DNA of 64,000 nt from Narcine bancroftii (lineage: Eukaryota): the NCBI RefSeq assembly GCF_036971445.1, contig NC_091473.1, positions 205,096,001 through 205,160,000 of the forward strand. The letters run 5' to 3'. Shown here piece by piece: positions 28,601 through 40,600 of the stretch. Numbering within the stretch: position 1 is the first letter of the stretch; every line of letters starts with the position of its first letter. Under the pieces are notes generated by a model. It was not told the DNA's origin. It saw only the letters and a program-made list of their open reading frames with translations, and did no database searches. The translations under genes were made by a program, and so were the position numbers.

Positions 28601-31600
28601 GGGAACTATGGAGGGGGACGATGAAGGAAAGATGAAAGACAGGGTGTGAGGCAGTGGGGAAACAATGTGGTGGGGGTAGGGGGGTCGAGGGACAGGGGCA
28701 TCGGGAGATAGGGAGGGAAAGTAGGAGGGAGATAGTGAGAGGGAGAGGTGGGATAGGAAAGGGGGAGAGGGTGAGGAGGAGGGAGAGATAGTGAGGGGGA
28801 AGGGGGAGGGAGGCCAATATCTCCACAGACAGTCCACACCTCCTTGCCTGGCCCCGTTCCATGTTGCCAAAACAAGCCATGCATCCTCAGCAATCCCTAG
28901 TCCCTGCTTCCAACACCCCTCTCTATCCCCTCCCTCCTCAGGCTCCGCTCCATAGCCAGAGCCCTGCCCCTACCTCTGAAACTCCTCCCCCTGTACAACC
29001 CAGCCCCCACCCCTTCATTTCCGAAGGCTTGCCTCTTCCAGCCCACCCATGGCCCTATGGACAGAGGATCCCTTCCCCACCCCCAACCCGGCAAGAACTT
29101 ACTTCGTCGGAGAATTGGGCGAGGAGCTTCCGGTGGTGGCGGGCGCTCAGCCCCCGACTGATCATGTTGCGCAGGTTGCGAAGGGCAGCCATGAAGGGCA
29201 GCTTCTGGTTATCTGTAGGAGAGGGGTGAGGGGTGGGTGGTGCGGTAAGTCACGTCAATTAACCTGTTCTGGTCAAAGAAAACATTCGCAATCAGGCAAG
29301 GGAGGGTCCCAGGAAGATAGGAGAATAGATGGGAGAGTCCCAAGGAAAGGGGACAATCCCGGGGAGATGGAACAATCCTGGGGAGTGGGGAGAGTCCTGG
29401 GGAGATAGGAGAGGAGATGGGAGGGTCCCAGAGAGATGGGAGGGTCCCAGGAGTGGAAGGTTCCTGGGGAGATGGGAAGGTCAAAATGAGTGGAAGGTTG
29501 TCAGGGAGTGATAGGTTTCGGGGAGGAGGAGGAGATGGGACAGTCCTGGGGAGATGGGAGGGTCCTGGGGAGATGAGAAGGTCACGATGAGTGGGAGGGT
29601 GTTAGGGAGTGATAGGTTTTGGGGAGGAAAGGGAGATTGGAGGGTCCCGAGGAGATGGGAGGGTCCCAGGGAAAAGGGACAGTTCCTGGGAGATGGGAGG
29701 GTCCCAGTGAGTTGACAGTTTCTGGGGAGGTCAGGATGAATGGGAGGGTGTCAGGGAGTGGTGGGTTCCGGGGAGATGGGTGGGTTGCATGGAGATGGGG
29801 GGGGCGGGGGTCACAGGGAGATGCTAAGGACCCTTGGAGATGGTGGGGTCCTGCAAAGAGATGGGGGTTTTAAGGTGGGAAGGGGTGAGATTTTAAGGGG
29901 ACCTGCAAGGGGCACCTTCTACACACAGAGGGTGATGGGTTTGTGGGACGAGCTGCCAGAGGAAGTGGTAGAGGTGGGGATGGGGTGGAATTACAAAAGT
30001 TCAGACATATGAATGGGACACAGAAGGGGAAGGTTTAGAGGGAAATGGGGCAGCTGCAGGGACACAGGGGAAAAAATCAAGGGTCAGATTCACTGACGAT
30101 GAACACACTTCAGGGCAGGTTGTGATCCTTGGCCTGGTTTGCCTCATCCATTGCCACTGACTAATTGACTGGAAAGAGGTCTCCAATGGTTGGGGCTTTT
30201 ATTTTGGATCTGCTGTACAACAGGGCAGAAAGAGCCAGAATTGCCTCTCACTGACAGCAGAGCAGAGAGGGAGAGAATAGCCTCCTGCTGTCTCGAGAGC
30301 CGGCTAGAGAGGGGCAGGACAAGCTCCTGTGTTCCCTGAGGGGAAGCCAGAGAGGGGCTGACCATTTACCCACCCCCCCCCTGCCACCACAGAGCCTCAC
30401 CGATGAGCCGTTCCCAGCAACGGGCGCTGTTCCCATGAAGGCAAAGTTCCCTCTCCCAGGTGTCCGGCACTGGAAGCTTCATTCTGGTCCCTGCTCTTTG
30501 TGAGTCCCAGGGCCCTGGCAACCGGGCTTTGGCAAAGGACTGCAGGTCACAGGGGTACCTGTTGGGGTGGGGAGGGGGAAGGGAGGGGTGGGAGAGGAGA
30601 AGGTGGTGAAAGAGGGGGAAAAGAGAGGGGGAATGGGGAAGAGGGGGGGTGAAGAGAGGGAGAAGACAGGCAAGTGAGAGGAGAGGAGGGAGGGGGTGAG
30701 GGGGAAGGGAGGCAGGGAGATATTTGGGGAGATAGCAGGGAGGGCAGTGATGGAGAAGAAAGTGGAAGAAGAGGGGGAGAAGAGAGGGAGGAGGGGGAAG
30801 GGCATGTGGTTTCAGTGGGCAACAGGCAAGGTGGGTCAGGGACAGTGGGGGAGAGAGAGTGCGGGGAGGAGGGGGTGAGGGAGGAAAAAGTGAATGAGGG
30901 GAAGAGGGAACAGAAGGGAGGAGATGGCGATGAAGATGGAGAGAGAGGAAAAAAAGAGAGTGAATTGACAGCCTCAGGCAGACGGAAGTGCCCCCAGACA
31001 CCTTTGACCCACTCTCACCTTCGACCCAGCAGGCACATGATGTGATTGGCTGGTTCCCTTAGGTGCAGCCACTGGACCAGCTTCTTCAGAGTGAAGGGGT
31101 CTGCTGGCTTCATCTTTTCTCCCCTATCCGGGTTCAATCTACCCCCCTGCAAGCAAAGGAACACCAGGATCACTCACCCAGTCAAGAGGTGCGCCTTCCC
31201 ATTTACCCCAACTATCCACATTTCCAATGGACCCCAACCCTTCCCATTCATTCCACTGTCCACATTCCCAATGCATCCCCAGCCCTTCCCATTCACTCCC
31301 ACTGTCCACATTATCAATGGATCCCCAGTCCCCCACTATCCACATTCCCAATGATCCCCACCCCTTTCCCACTGTCCACATTCCCAATGGATCCCCCACC
31401 CCTTCCCATTCACTCCCACTGTCCACATTCTAAATGGATCCCACCCCTTCCCATTCACTCCCATTGTCGACATTCCCAATGATCCCCACCTCTACCTATT
31501 TAGTCCTACTGTCCACATTCCAAATGGATCCCCACCACTCCCACTGCCCACATTCCCAATGGATTACCACCCCTTCCCATTCACTCTCATTGTCCACATT

Positions 31601-34600
31601 CCAAATGGATCCCACCCCTTCCCATTCACTCCCACTGCCCATATTCCCAATGGTCCCCACCCCTTCCCATTCACTCCCACTGTCCATATTCCCAATGGTC
31701 CCCACCCCTTCCCATTCTCTCCCACTGTCCACATTCCCAATGGATCCCACCCCTTTCCATTCACTTCCACTGTCCACATTCCCAATGGTCCCCACCCCTT
31801 CCCATTCTCTCCCACTGTCCACATTCCCGATGGCTAACTGGCTAAGCGAGGAATCCTCTTTGTCATGCCAAAACTATACTATCCACAGTGTATACATGTG
31901 AACAGATATTGAATGTAAACAAACTGTTCAGGACAGAGAAAACAATAAGAAAATCAATGAAGTACAAGAGTCCTTAAATGAGTTTGTCGATGAGGAGTCT
32001 GATGGTAGACGGGTAGCATCTGTTCCTGAACCTGGTTGGTGCGAGTCTTGGGGCACCTCTACCTCATTCCTGATGGCAACAGCGAGAAAAGAGCTGCACC
32101 TAAGGGTGGTGTGGATCCCCCATGATCATGGATTATATGGGAAGGTAAAGATCTCTATCCGATGAAACATCGGTTATACCCAGAGGAAGGGCTCAGGCCC
32201 AAAACATCGGTAATATATCTTTACCTCCTATGGTCCCTGCGAGACCTGCTGAGTTCCTCCAGCATTTCTGTATTTTGACTGCAACCAAGGCGTCTGCAGA
32301 CTTTTGGGTTTCACAACATCCCAGTCAATCTCCTCTGTACCCTCTCCGCCGAGGAGCAGATAAGCAGGCAGGTTTTGGAATGATGCGGGAAATACGAGGT
32401 TGCTGTCATGGAAGACTTCAATGATTGGCACTTCCTGACTGTGAGGGATTGACGGGACTGAATTTGTCGGCTGTGTTCAAGAAAGATTCAAGAGTGTGTG
32501 AGCCAGCCGACAGGAGGAGAATGAACCTGGTCAGGTGGCAGACCTCTCGCTGGGTGAGAGTGACCTCAACTCCCTAGGCTTTAGCACAGCTATGGATAAG
32601 GATAAAAGCAGGCAAAATGGGAAAGTTTTTAATTGAGGAAGGGCTAATTAGAATGGGGTGAATGAGAGTAAATTGGAAACAGATGTTCAAAGGTGAAAGT
32701 TTAGGGACCACCTGTTGGGTTCAGGTTAGGTTTGTCCCAATGGAATAGGGAAAAGAGGGACCTGTGGTTGACGAAACAGGTGAGGCAGCCAGTCAAGAGG
32801 TTGAAGGAAGCAGACACTAGATGTAGGAAGCAGGAAACCGGAAGTGTTCATGAGAAGTACGTTAGTCAGGAATCTTACAGGCTTAGGAGAGCTCGAAGTG
32901 GGAATGAGAAAGCCTTGGCATGTAAAATAAAGAGAACCCCAAGGTGTTCTACGCAAAGCCGTCCTGGCCAGAGAAGAAATGAGCCTTCCGTCGCGCATGC
33001 AGCCATCTTCAGCGCAAACTCCGGGAGATCCAAAATGAGTGGTTGACTAGCCTCGCCAAACGAACCCAGCTCAGCGCGGACATTGGCGACTTCAGGGGTT
33101 TTTACGAGGCTCTAAAGGCTGTGTACGGCCCTTCATCCCCAAGTCCAAAGCCCGCTGCGCAGCTCAGACGGCAAAATCCTCCTCAGTGACAAGATCTCCA
33201 TCCTCAACCGATGGTCAGAACACTTCCAATCTCTTTTCAGTGCCAACCGCTCAGTCCAAGAATCCACCCTGCTCCAGCTCCCTCAACTGCCCTTAAGGCT
33301 AGAGTTGGATGAGGTCCTCACCCGGGAAGAGACATATAAGGCAATTGAACAACTGAAAAGTGGCAAAGCAGCAGGTATGGATGGAATCCCCCCAGAGGTC
33401 TGGAAGCCTGGCGGCAAAACTCTGCATGCCGAACTGCAAGCTCTGCTGGGACCAAGGAAAGCTGCCTCAGGACCTTCGTGATGCCATCATCATCACCCTG
33501 TACAAAAACAAAGGCGAGAAATCAGACTGCTCCAACTACAGGGGAATCACGATGCTCTTTATTGCAGGCAAAATCTTCGCTAGGATTCTCCTAAATAGAA
33601 TAATACCTAGAGTCGCCGAAAATGTTCTCCCAGAATCACAGTGCGGCTTTCGCGCAAACAGAGGAACTACTGACATGATCTTTGCCCTCAGACAGCTCCA
33701 AGAAAAGTGCAGAGAATAAAACAAAGGACTCTACATCACCTTTGTTGACCTCACCAAAGCCTTCAACACCGTGAGCAGGAAAGGGCTTTGGCAAATACTA
33801 GAGCACCTCGGATGCCCCCCCAAAGTTCCTCAACATGGTTATCCAACTGCACGAAAACCAACAAGATCGGGTCAGATACAGCAATGAGTTCTCTGAACCC
33901 TTCTCCATTAACAATGGCATGAAGCAAGGCTGCGTTCTCGCACCAACCCTCTTTTCAATCTTCGTCAGCATGATGCTGAAACAAGCCATGAAAGACCTCA
34001 ACAATGAAGATGCAGTTTACATCCGGTACCGCACGGATGGCAGTCTCTTCAATCTGAGGCACCTGCAAGCTCACACCAAGACACAAGAGCAACTTGTCCG
34101 TGAACTACTCTTTGCAGACAATGCCGCTTTAGTTGCCCATTCAGAGCCAGCTCTTCAGCGCTTGACGTCCTGTTTTGCGGAAACTGCCAAGATGTTTGGC
34201 CTGGAAGTCAGCCTGAAGAAAACTGAGGTCCTCCATCAGCCAGCTCCCCACCATGACTACCAGCCCCCCCACATCTCCATCGGGAACACAAAACTCAAAA
34301 CGGTAAAACAGTTTACCTATCTCGGCTGCACCATTTCATCGGATACAAGGATCGACAACGAGATAGACAACAGACTCACCAAGGCAAATAGCGCTTTTGG
34401 AAGACTACACAAAAGAGTCTGGGAAAACAACCAACTGAAAAACCTTACAAAGATTAGCGTATACAGAGCCGTTGTCATACCCACACTCCTGTTCGGCTCC
34501 GAATCATGGGTCCTCTACCGGCATCACCTACGGCTCCTAGAACGCTTCCACCAGCGTTGTCTCCGCTCCATCCTCAACATTGATTGGAGCGACTTCATCT

Positions 34601-37600
34601 CCAACATCGAAGTACTCGAGATGGCAGAGGCTGACAGCATCAAATCCACGCTGCTGAAGATCCAACTGCTCCGGGTAGGTCACGTCTCCAGAATGGAGGA
34701 CCATCGCCTTCCTAAGATCATGTTATATGGCGAGCTCTCCACTGGCCACCGAGACAGAGGTGCACCAAAGAAGAGGTACAAGGACTGCCTAAAGAAATCT
34801 CTTGGTGCCTGCCACATTGACCACTGCCAGTGGGCTGATATCGCCTCAAACCGTGCATCTTGGCGCCTCACAGTTCGGCGGGCAGCCTTTGAAGAAGACC
34901 GCAGAGCCCATCTCACTGATAAAGGACAAAGGAGGAAAAACCCAACACCCAACCCCAACCAACCAATTTTCCCTTGCAACCGCTGCAACCGTGTCTGCCT
35001 TTCCCGCATCGGACTTGTCAGCCACAAACGAGCCTGCAGCTCACGTAGTCATTACCCCTCCATAAATCTTCTTCCGCGAAGCCTAGCCAAAGAAGAAGAC
35101 AGGCACATGGACAGAAAAAAAATAGAGGGTTACGAGGAGGGAGGTTTTTTAAAAAAGGATTGCATGGGTTAGTACAACACTGAAGGCTGAAGGGCCTGTA
35201 ATGTGCTGTGTGTTCAAAGCAACTACATCCCCCTGTAAAGAGGTGCCCAGATTTGAACACAACACTCCAAGTAGAGCCTAAACAGAGTTTTCTATCCAGA
35301 ACTCCATTCCAGAGTCCCAATCCAGATTCTCAATCCAGATCACTAAGGGGATCAGAGCCATGTCAGGTAGCCTGATGTTCAGAGGAGGCAGACCATGCCC
35401 CAGCCCTACTCACCGAGCTCCGTCTCTTTTGGGCTTTGCAGCGCTGTCTCCTGGAGTTGTACTTGGCCAGCTGATACTCGTCGAAGGTGCGGAAAGAGTC
35501 AGTCAGGCCCTGCCGCAGGCAGGAGGGGAAGGGACCGAAGGTCTTAGGGGAGTTCGCCAGGCTCTGCCAGGGGAGAAGAGCAGATGAGGATGGTCCAGTG
35601 GGACACAGGCACACACAGAGTGACCACGTTCACTTCGGGTGGTGATGGGATTGGCAGAATAAGGGCAAGAGCACCACGGGGAGGGGAGTCATGGGGCGGG
35701 GGAAGACAGGGGAGGGGAGGATGGGGAAAGAGGGGGAGGGGGGAGGGGGAGAGAGGGGGGGGAGGGGGAGGGGGAGGAAAGGGAGGGGAAAAGAAGGGGA
35801 GGGGAAAAGAAGGGAAGAAGGGGAGAGAGGGGAGGGGCAGAGTTGGGGAGCAGGCCCAGTCCTGCTCCTACATCTTCACGCTCAGTATCAAGCCTTCCCC
35901 TCTTCTTTGGGCCCAGCCCCATCATGTCCCCTTGACCTCAGGCCAGTTCCCGTCCTGCCCACTCAGGCCAAGCATCCATTTCATTTCCCCATCCCGTCAT
36001 CTTGGACCCAGCCCCAATCTGCACCCCCCCCCTTGGGCCCACCCCAACCTGTGCCACCCAGCCCCTGGCCCCACCTACCTTACCCTCGGACCCAGGCCCC
36101 ATCCCACTTCTCAGGTCCTGGTCCTGTTCTGCACCCTTTAAGCCCAGCCTGTCTGCGTGGCCCCCCACCCCTTCCCCGTCAGATCCAGTCCTTATTCCTG
36201 CCCCCTTAACCATTGGCCCCCACCCCCTCCTTGGTCTCAGACCCAACAGCCATCCCACCTCCTCACCCTTGGCCTGAGCTGGCCCCTCTCCCAGTCCCTA
36301 TCCCACCCTCTCACCCTGGGGACAAGCCCCTGTCCCGTCCCCCCTTGGTCTCAGTCCCTATCCCACCCCCTTACCTTGGGTCTAGCCCCTGGCCTCTCTC
36401 CCCTCCCCCCCGCTGGGTCTCAGACCCAGCCACAATCCCGCCCACAGAACACCCACCCTGCCCCCTCGGGCCTACCTGGAAGAGCCTGGGCACTTGGAGC
36501 CAGTCAGAGGGCAGGCGCACGGCCCGAGCGAAGTATCGGCGCAGGTGGGGCCTCACGGAGGGGAGCAGGGCGCCCACCGCTAACAGAAAGTTGGCCACGG
36601 ACCGAATGTTCAGCTCGTGCCTGGCATACAGAGCGACCTGTGAGGTGGGGGATGTGGGTGGAAATAGCAATGGTCAGGGGTCACCAACCAGCAAGGAACC
36701 TCCTCCCCCTTGGCCCACTCCCCACCAAGGCACTCCTGGGGATTTGGGGAAGAGCAGATGAGGTCCAAGAAATATTGAACCCCACTATGACAGGATTTCT
36801 CTTGTCATCACCTACCACCCCACCAGCCTCTGCATCCAATTCATTATCCTCTGTAATATCCGCCAATGACATGATCCCACCACTAAACACATCTTCCCCT
36901 CCCCTCTCCTCTTTCCACAGGGACTGGTCTCTCCATGACCCCCTCATCCACTCATTCCCTTTCCGCTGATCGTCCCCTTCCGTATCCACCGAGACCACAG
37001 GAGATGCTCCACCTATGCCCACATCTCCTGCTTCACCGCCATTGGGCCCCCACTCAGCCCATCCAAGAGAAGCAATGCGCCAATCGTGAATCTGCAGAGG
37101 TCCTCCGCTGCTTCGGTGGCCTCTACTACGTCAGAGAGACTGGACGCAGACTGGGGCTTCGATTTGGTGAGCACTGTTGCTCTGTCCTCTACAATAGCGA
37201 GGTCCCTCCCGGGGGGCCAAACAATTCTGCACCCTACTTCCATGCACTGGTTAGGGGAGTTCACCAGGCTCTGCCAGGGGAGGAGCAGATGAGGATGGTC
37301 CAGTGGGACACAGGCACACACAGAGTGACCATGTTCACTTCGGGTGGTGATGGGATTGGCAGGGGTGGGGCAGAATAAGGGTAAGAGCACCATGGGGAGG
37401 GGAGTCATGGGGTGGGGGAAGCAGGGGAGGGGGAGAGAGGGGGAGGGGGAGAGAGCGGGGAAGGAAGGGGAGGGGAAAAGAAGGGAAGAAGAGAGGGGAG
37501 GGAAAAGGGGAGAGAGGGGAGGGGCAGTGTTGGGGAGCAGGCCCAGTCCTATTCCTACATCTTCGCGCTCAGTATCTAGTCTTCTCCTCTTCTTTGGGCC

Positions 37601-40600
37601 CAGCCCGTCATCCCCCCTCAACCTCAGGCCAGTTCCCGTCCTGCCCGCTCAGGCCCAGCATCCATTTCATTTCCCCATCCCGTCATCTTGGACCCAGCCC
37701 CAATCTGGACACCCCCCCCCTTGGGCCCACCCCAACCTGTGCCACCCAGCCCCTGGCCCCACCTACCTTACCCTCGGACCCAGGCCCCATCCCACTTCTC
37801 AGGTCCTGGTCCTGTTCTGCACCCTTTAAGCCCAGCCCGTCTGCATGCCCCCCCACCCCCTCCCCGTCTCAGATCCAGTCCTTATTCCTGCCCTCTTAAC
37901 CTTTGGCCCCCACCCCCTCCTTGGTCTCAGACCCAGCAGCCATCCCGCCTCCTCACCCTTGGCCTGAGCTGGCCCCTGTCCCAGTCCCTATCCCAACCCC
38001 TCACCCTTGATACATGCACCCTCCAACCAGATGGAATTAACATCAACTACTCTGGTTTCCATTAGACTCTGCATCACCATCCCTACATCAGGGTGTTTTT
38101 CATCGACTCCAGCTTTCAACACCATCATCCCCTCGGCATTGGTCAGCAAGCCTCAAAACCTGGGCCTCCTAGATTTCGTGCTTAGCCCACTGCTCTACTC
38201 TGTGTACATCCATGACTGTGGGGGGAGGCTCAATGCAAATCCATCTACAAAATGGCCGAATCGCAGGTGACAATGAGGACGCATACAGGACTGCAATAGA
38301 TCAGCCAGTTGAGTGGTGTCAAACGTCAGGCCAACTAAGGAGCTGATTGTGGACCGGAGGCAGGGGAAGCCAGGAGAGCAAGAGCCAGCCCTCGTCGAGG
38401 GGGTCAGCACAGTGCAACCTCACCTTCCAAGACATCAAGACCTATCCTGGGGGAATCACCTTGATGCAAATCACGAAGGCTCGCCTTGTTCGGAGGTTGA
38501 GGCGATTTGGCCTAGCACCAAAGACTCTTGCAGATTTCTGCGGGAGGACCGTGGAGAGCATTCTGTGTGGTGGGTCGCCATCGTCCTGTCCCACCATCAG
38601 CCACACTGAGGGTGGGCCCGCCCCTGGGTGTCCTCCCCCCCCCAACCCCCGTCCAGCTTCCCTCGGGCCTCCTCCCCGACTGTCTCCCAAACCTACAACA
38701 CAACAATTTGACCCTACCTTCCCTCGCGTCTTTCAAACCTGCGTCTGTCTACGAGTCTTTTAAATGTAGCCATTGTACCACCCTCCGCACTGCATTCCAG
38801 GCACCCATCACTCTCTAAATTAAAAAAAACTTATCTCGGACATCGTCCCTGAACTTTCCTCCACTTACCTTGTCCTCTGGTATTTGCTATTGTAGTCCCG
38901 AGAAAAAGGTACTGGCTGTCCACCCTATCTAAGCTCCTTGTAATCATATGCACTTCTATGGTCATCTCTCATCCGTCTCTCAAATGAGCAACCTTGCTTC
39001 ATGAGATACACTTTCCAATCCAGGCAAAATCCTGGTCAATCTGCTCTGCACCCTCTCCGCAGCATCCACACCTTTCCTGTAAAGCGTTGACCAGAACCGA
39101 ACACAATACTCCAAGTGAAGTCTAACCAGAGTTTTTAGACAGCTGCAACATTACCCCATGGCTCCTGAACACATTCCCTGACCAATGATGGCAGCACACC
39201 TTCTTTACCACCCCATCAACCTGCACGGCAACCTTGAGCGATTGATGGACCTGGACCCCAAAATCTCAGTTCCTCGGTACGATTAAGAATCCTGCCATTG
39301 ACCACGTATTCTGCCTTCAAGTTCGACTTTCCAAGGTGCGTCATTTCACACGTCTCCGGGTAAACCTCCTTCTCCCACCCGACTCTGTATCCTGTCTGTC
39401 TTCCGTTCTAACCCGCGACCCCTCCAATCCCAGTGTCACCTGAAAAATGACTAACTCAACCCCTTCTCCCACCCCCACTGCTGCTTCTTCGTCCAGGTCA
39501 CTCTTCATAGAGCAATACACCACACTGCAGGCCCTTCGGCCCTCAATGTTGTGCCAACCCATATATTCCTTCCAAAAGAAAAGGTACTAACCCCTCCCTA
39601 CCCCAGAACCCTCTATTTTTCTTCTGTTCATGTGTACGTCTAAGAGTCTTGGAAATTCCCCCAGTGTTTCAGCCTCCAACACCATCCCCGGCGAGGCATT
39701 CCAGGCACCCACAACTCTCTGTGTTTAAAAAAACTCTCCCCTAAACTTCACCTTATACACATCCTCTGGTGTTTGCTACTCCCACCCGAGGAAATGGGTG
39801 CTGGCTATGCCTCTCAGAATCTTGTAGACTTCTATTAAGTCTCCTCTCATCCTTCTGTGATCCAAAGAGAGAAGTCCCAGCTCTGCTAGCCTTGCCTCAT
39901 AAGATTTACCAGGCAGCATCCTGGTAAATCTTCATCCAAACTCTGCTCTGAACTACTTATCCAACCCCCCAATCATCGAGGAAGGGTTGAGGGGGGTGGG
40001 GGTGCTAGCAAATGGCCAGAACTGCTCCTGGACCCCACACTGACAGTTTCTCTCTCACTCTTTCTTGTGCACGGCAAGGCTCTCTCACACCTTTAAGAGG
40101 AACTCAGGATCATCCTCCGCCACCTCTCGGCACAGGTTCAGCAGCAGCTGGCGGGTCGGGTCACTGGGGTTGGTGAAATTAGGACCCTGCAGCAAAGAGG
40201 AACAGACAGCTTCGAGCAGGGACTCCTGGAAGGGGTGGGGAGAGAGAAAATTGGGGTTAAAAGGATAGCGTCGCCGTACCCAGCAGCAGACACCCGTGGA
40301 TGCTGTGGTCCAGTGTCGAGAAACCCCTGCCCCACTTCTCACCTCTGCAACCCTCATCATTGAGGGAGGGAGGTGGGAAGTTGGCATTTCGGGTCGGGAC
40401 CCTTCTTAAGAGCCCCAGGAGGAGCAGGGAGGGGTCCCGGATTGCAGACAGAAACTGTACCCCTCTGAGGGAGGGGGGATGGTCTGTGACATCCTGGAGG
40501 ACCCTCCCCCACCAATCCCATGCTGGCCAAGCCAACCCCATTTGCCTGCATTCCGGCCCCTGGACCTCTCCTATCCACGTACCCTCCAAAAGTTTAATTC

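Noticed and set aside
33835-35172. 445-aa ORF as a host gene or active retrotransposon
   Set aside because: RTE RT fragment, 5'-truncated, with upstream stop and FADN catalytic change.
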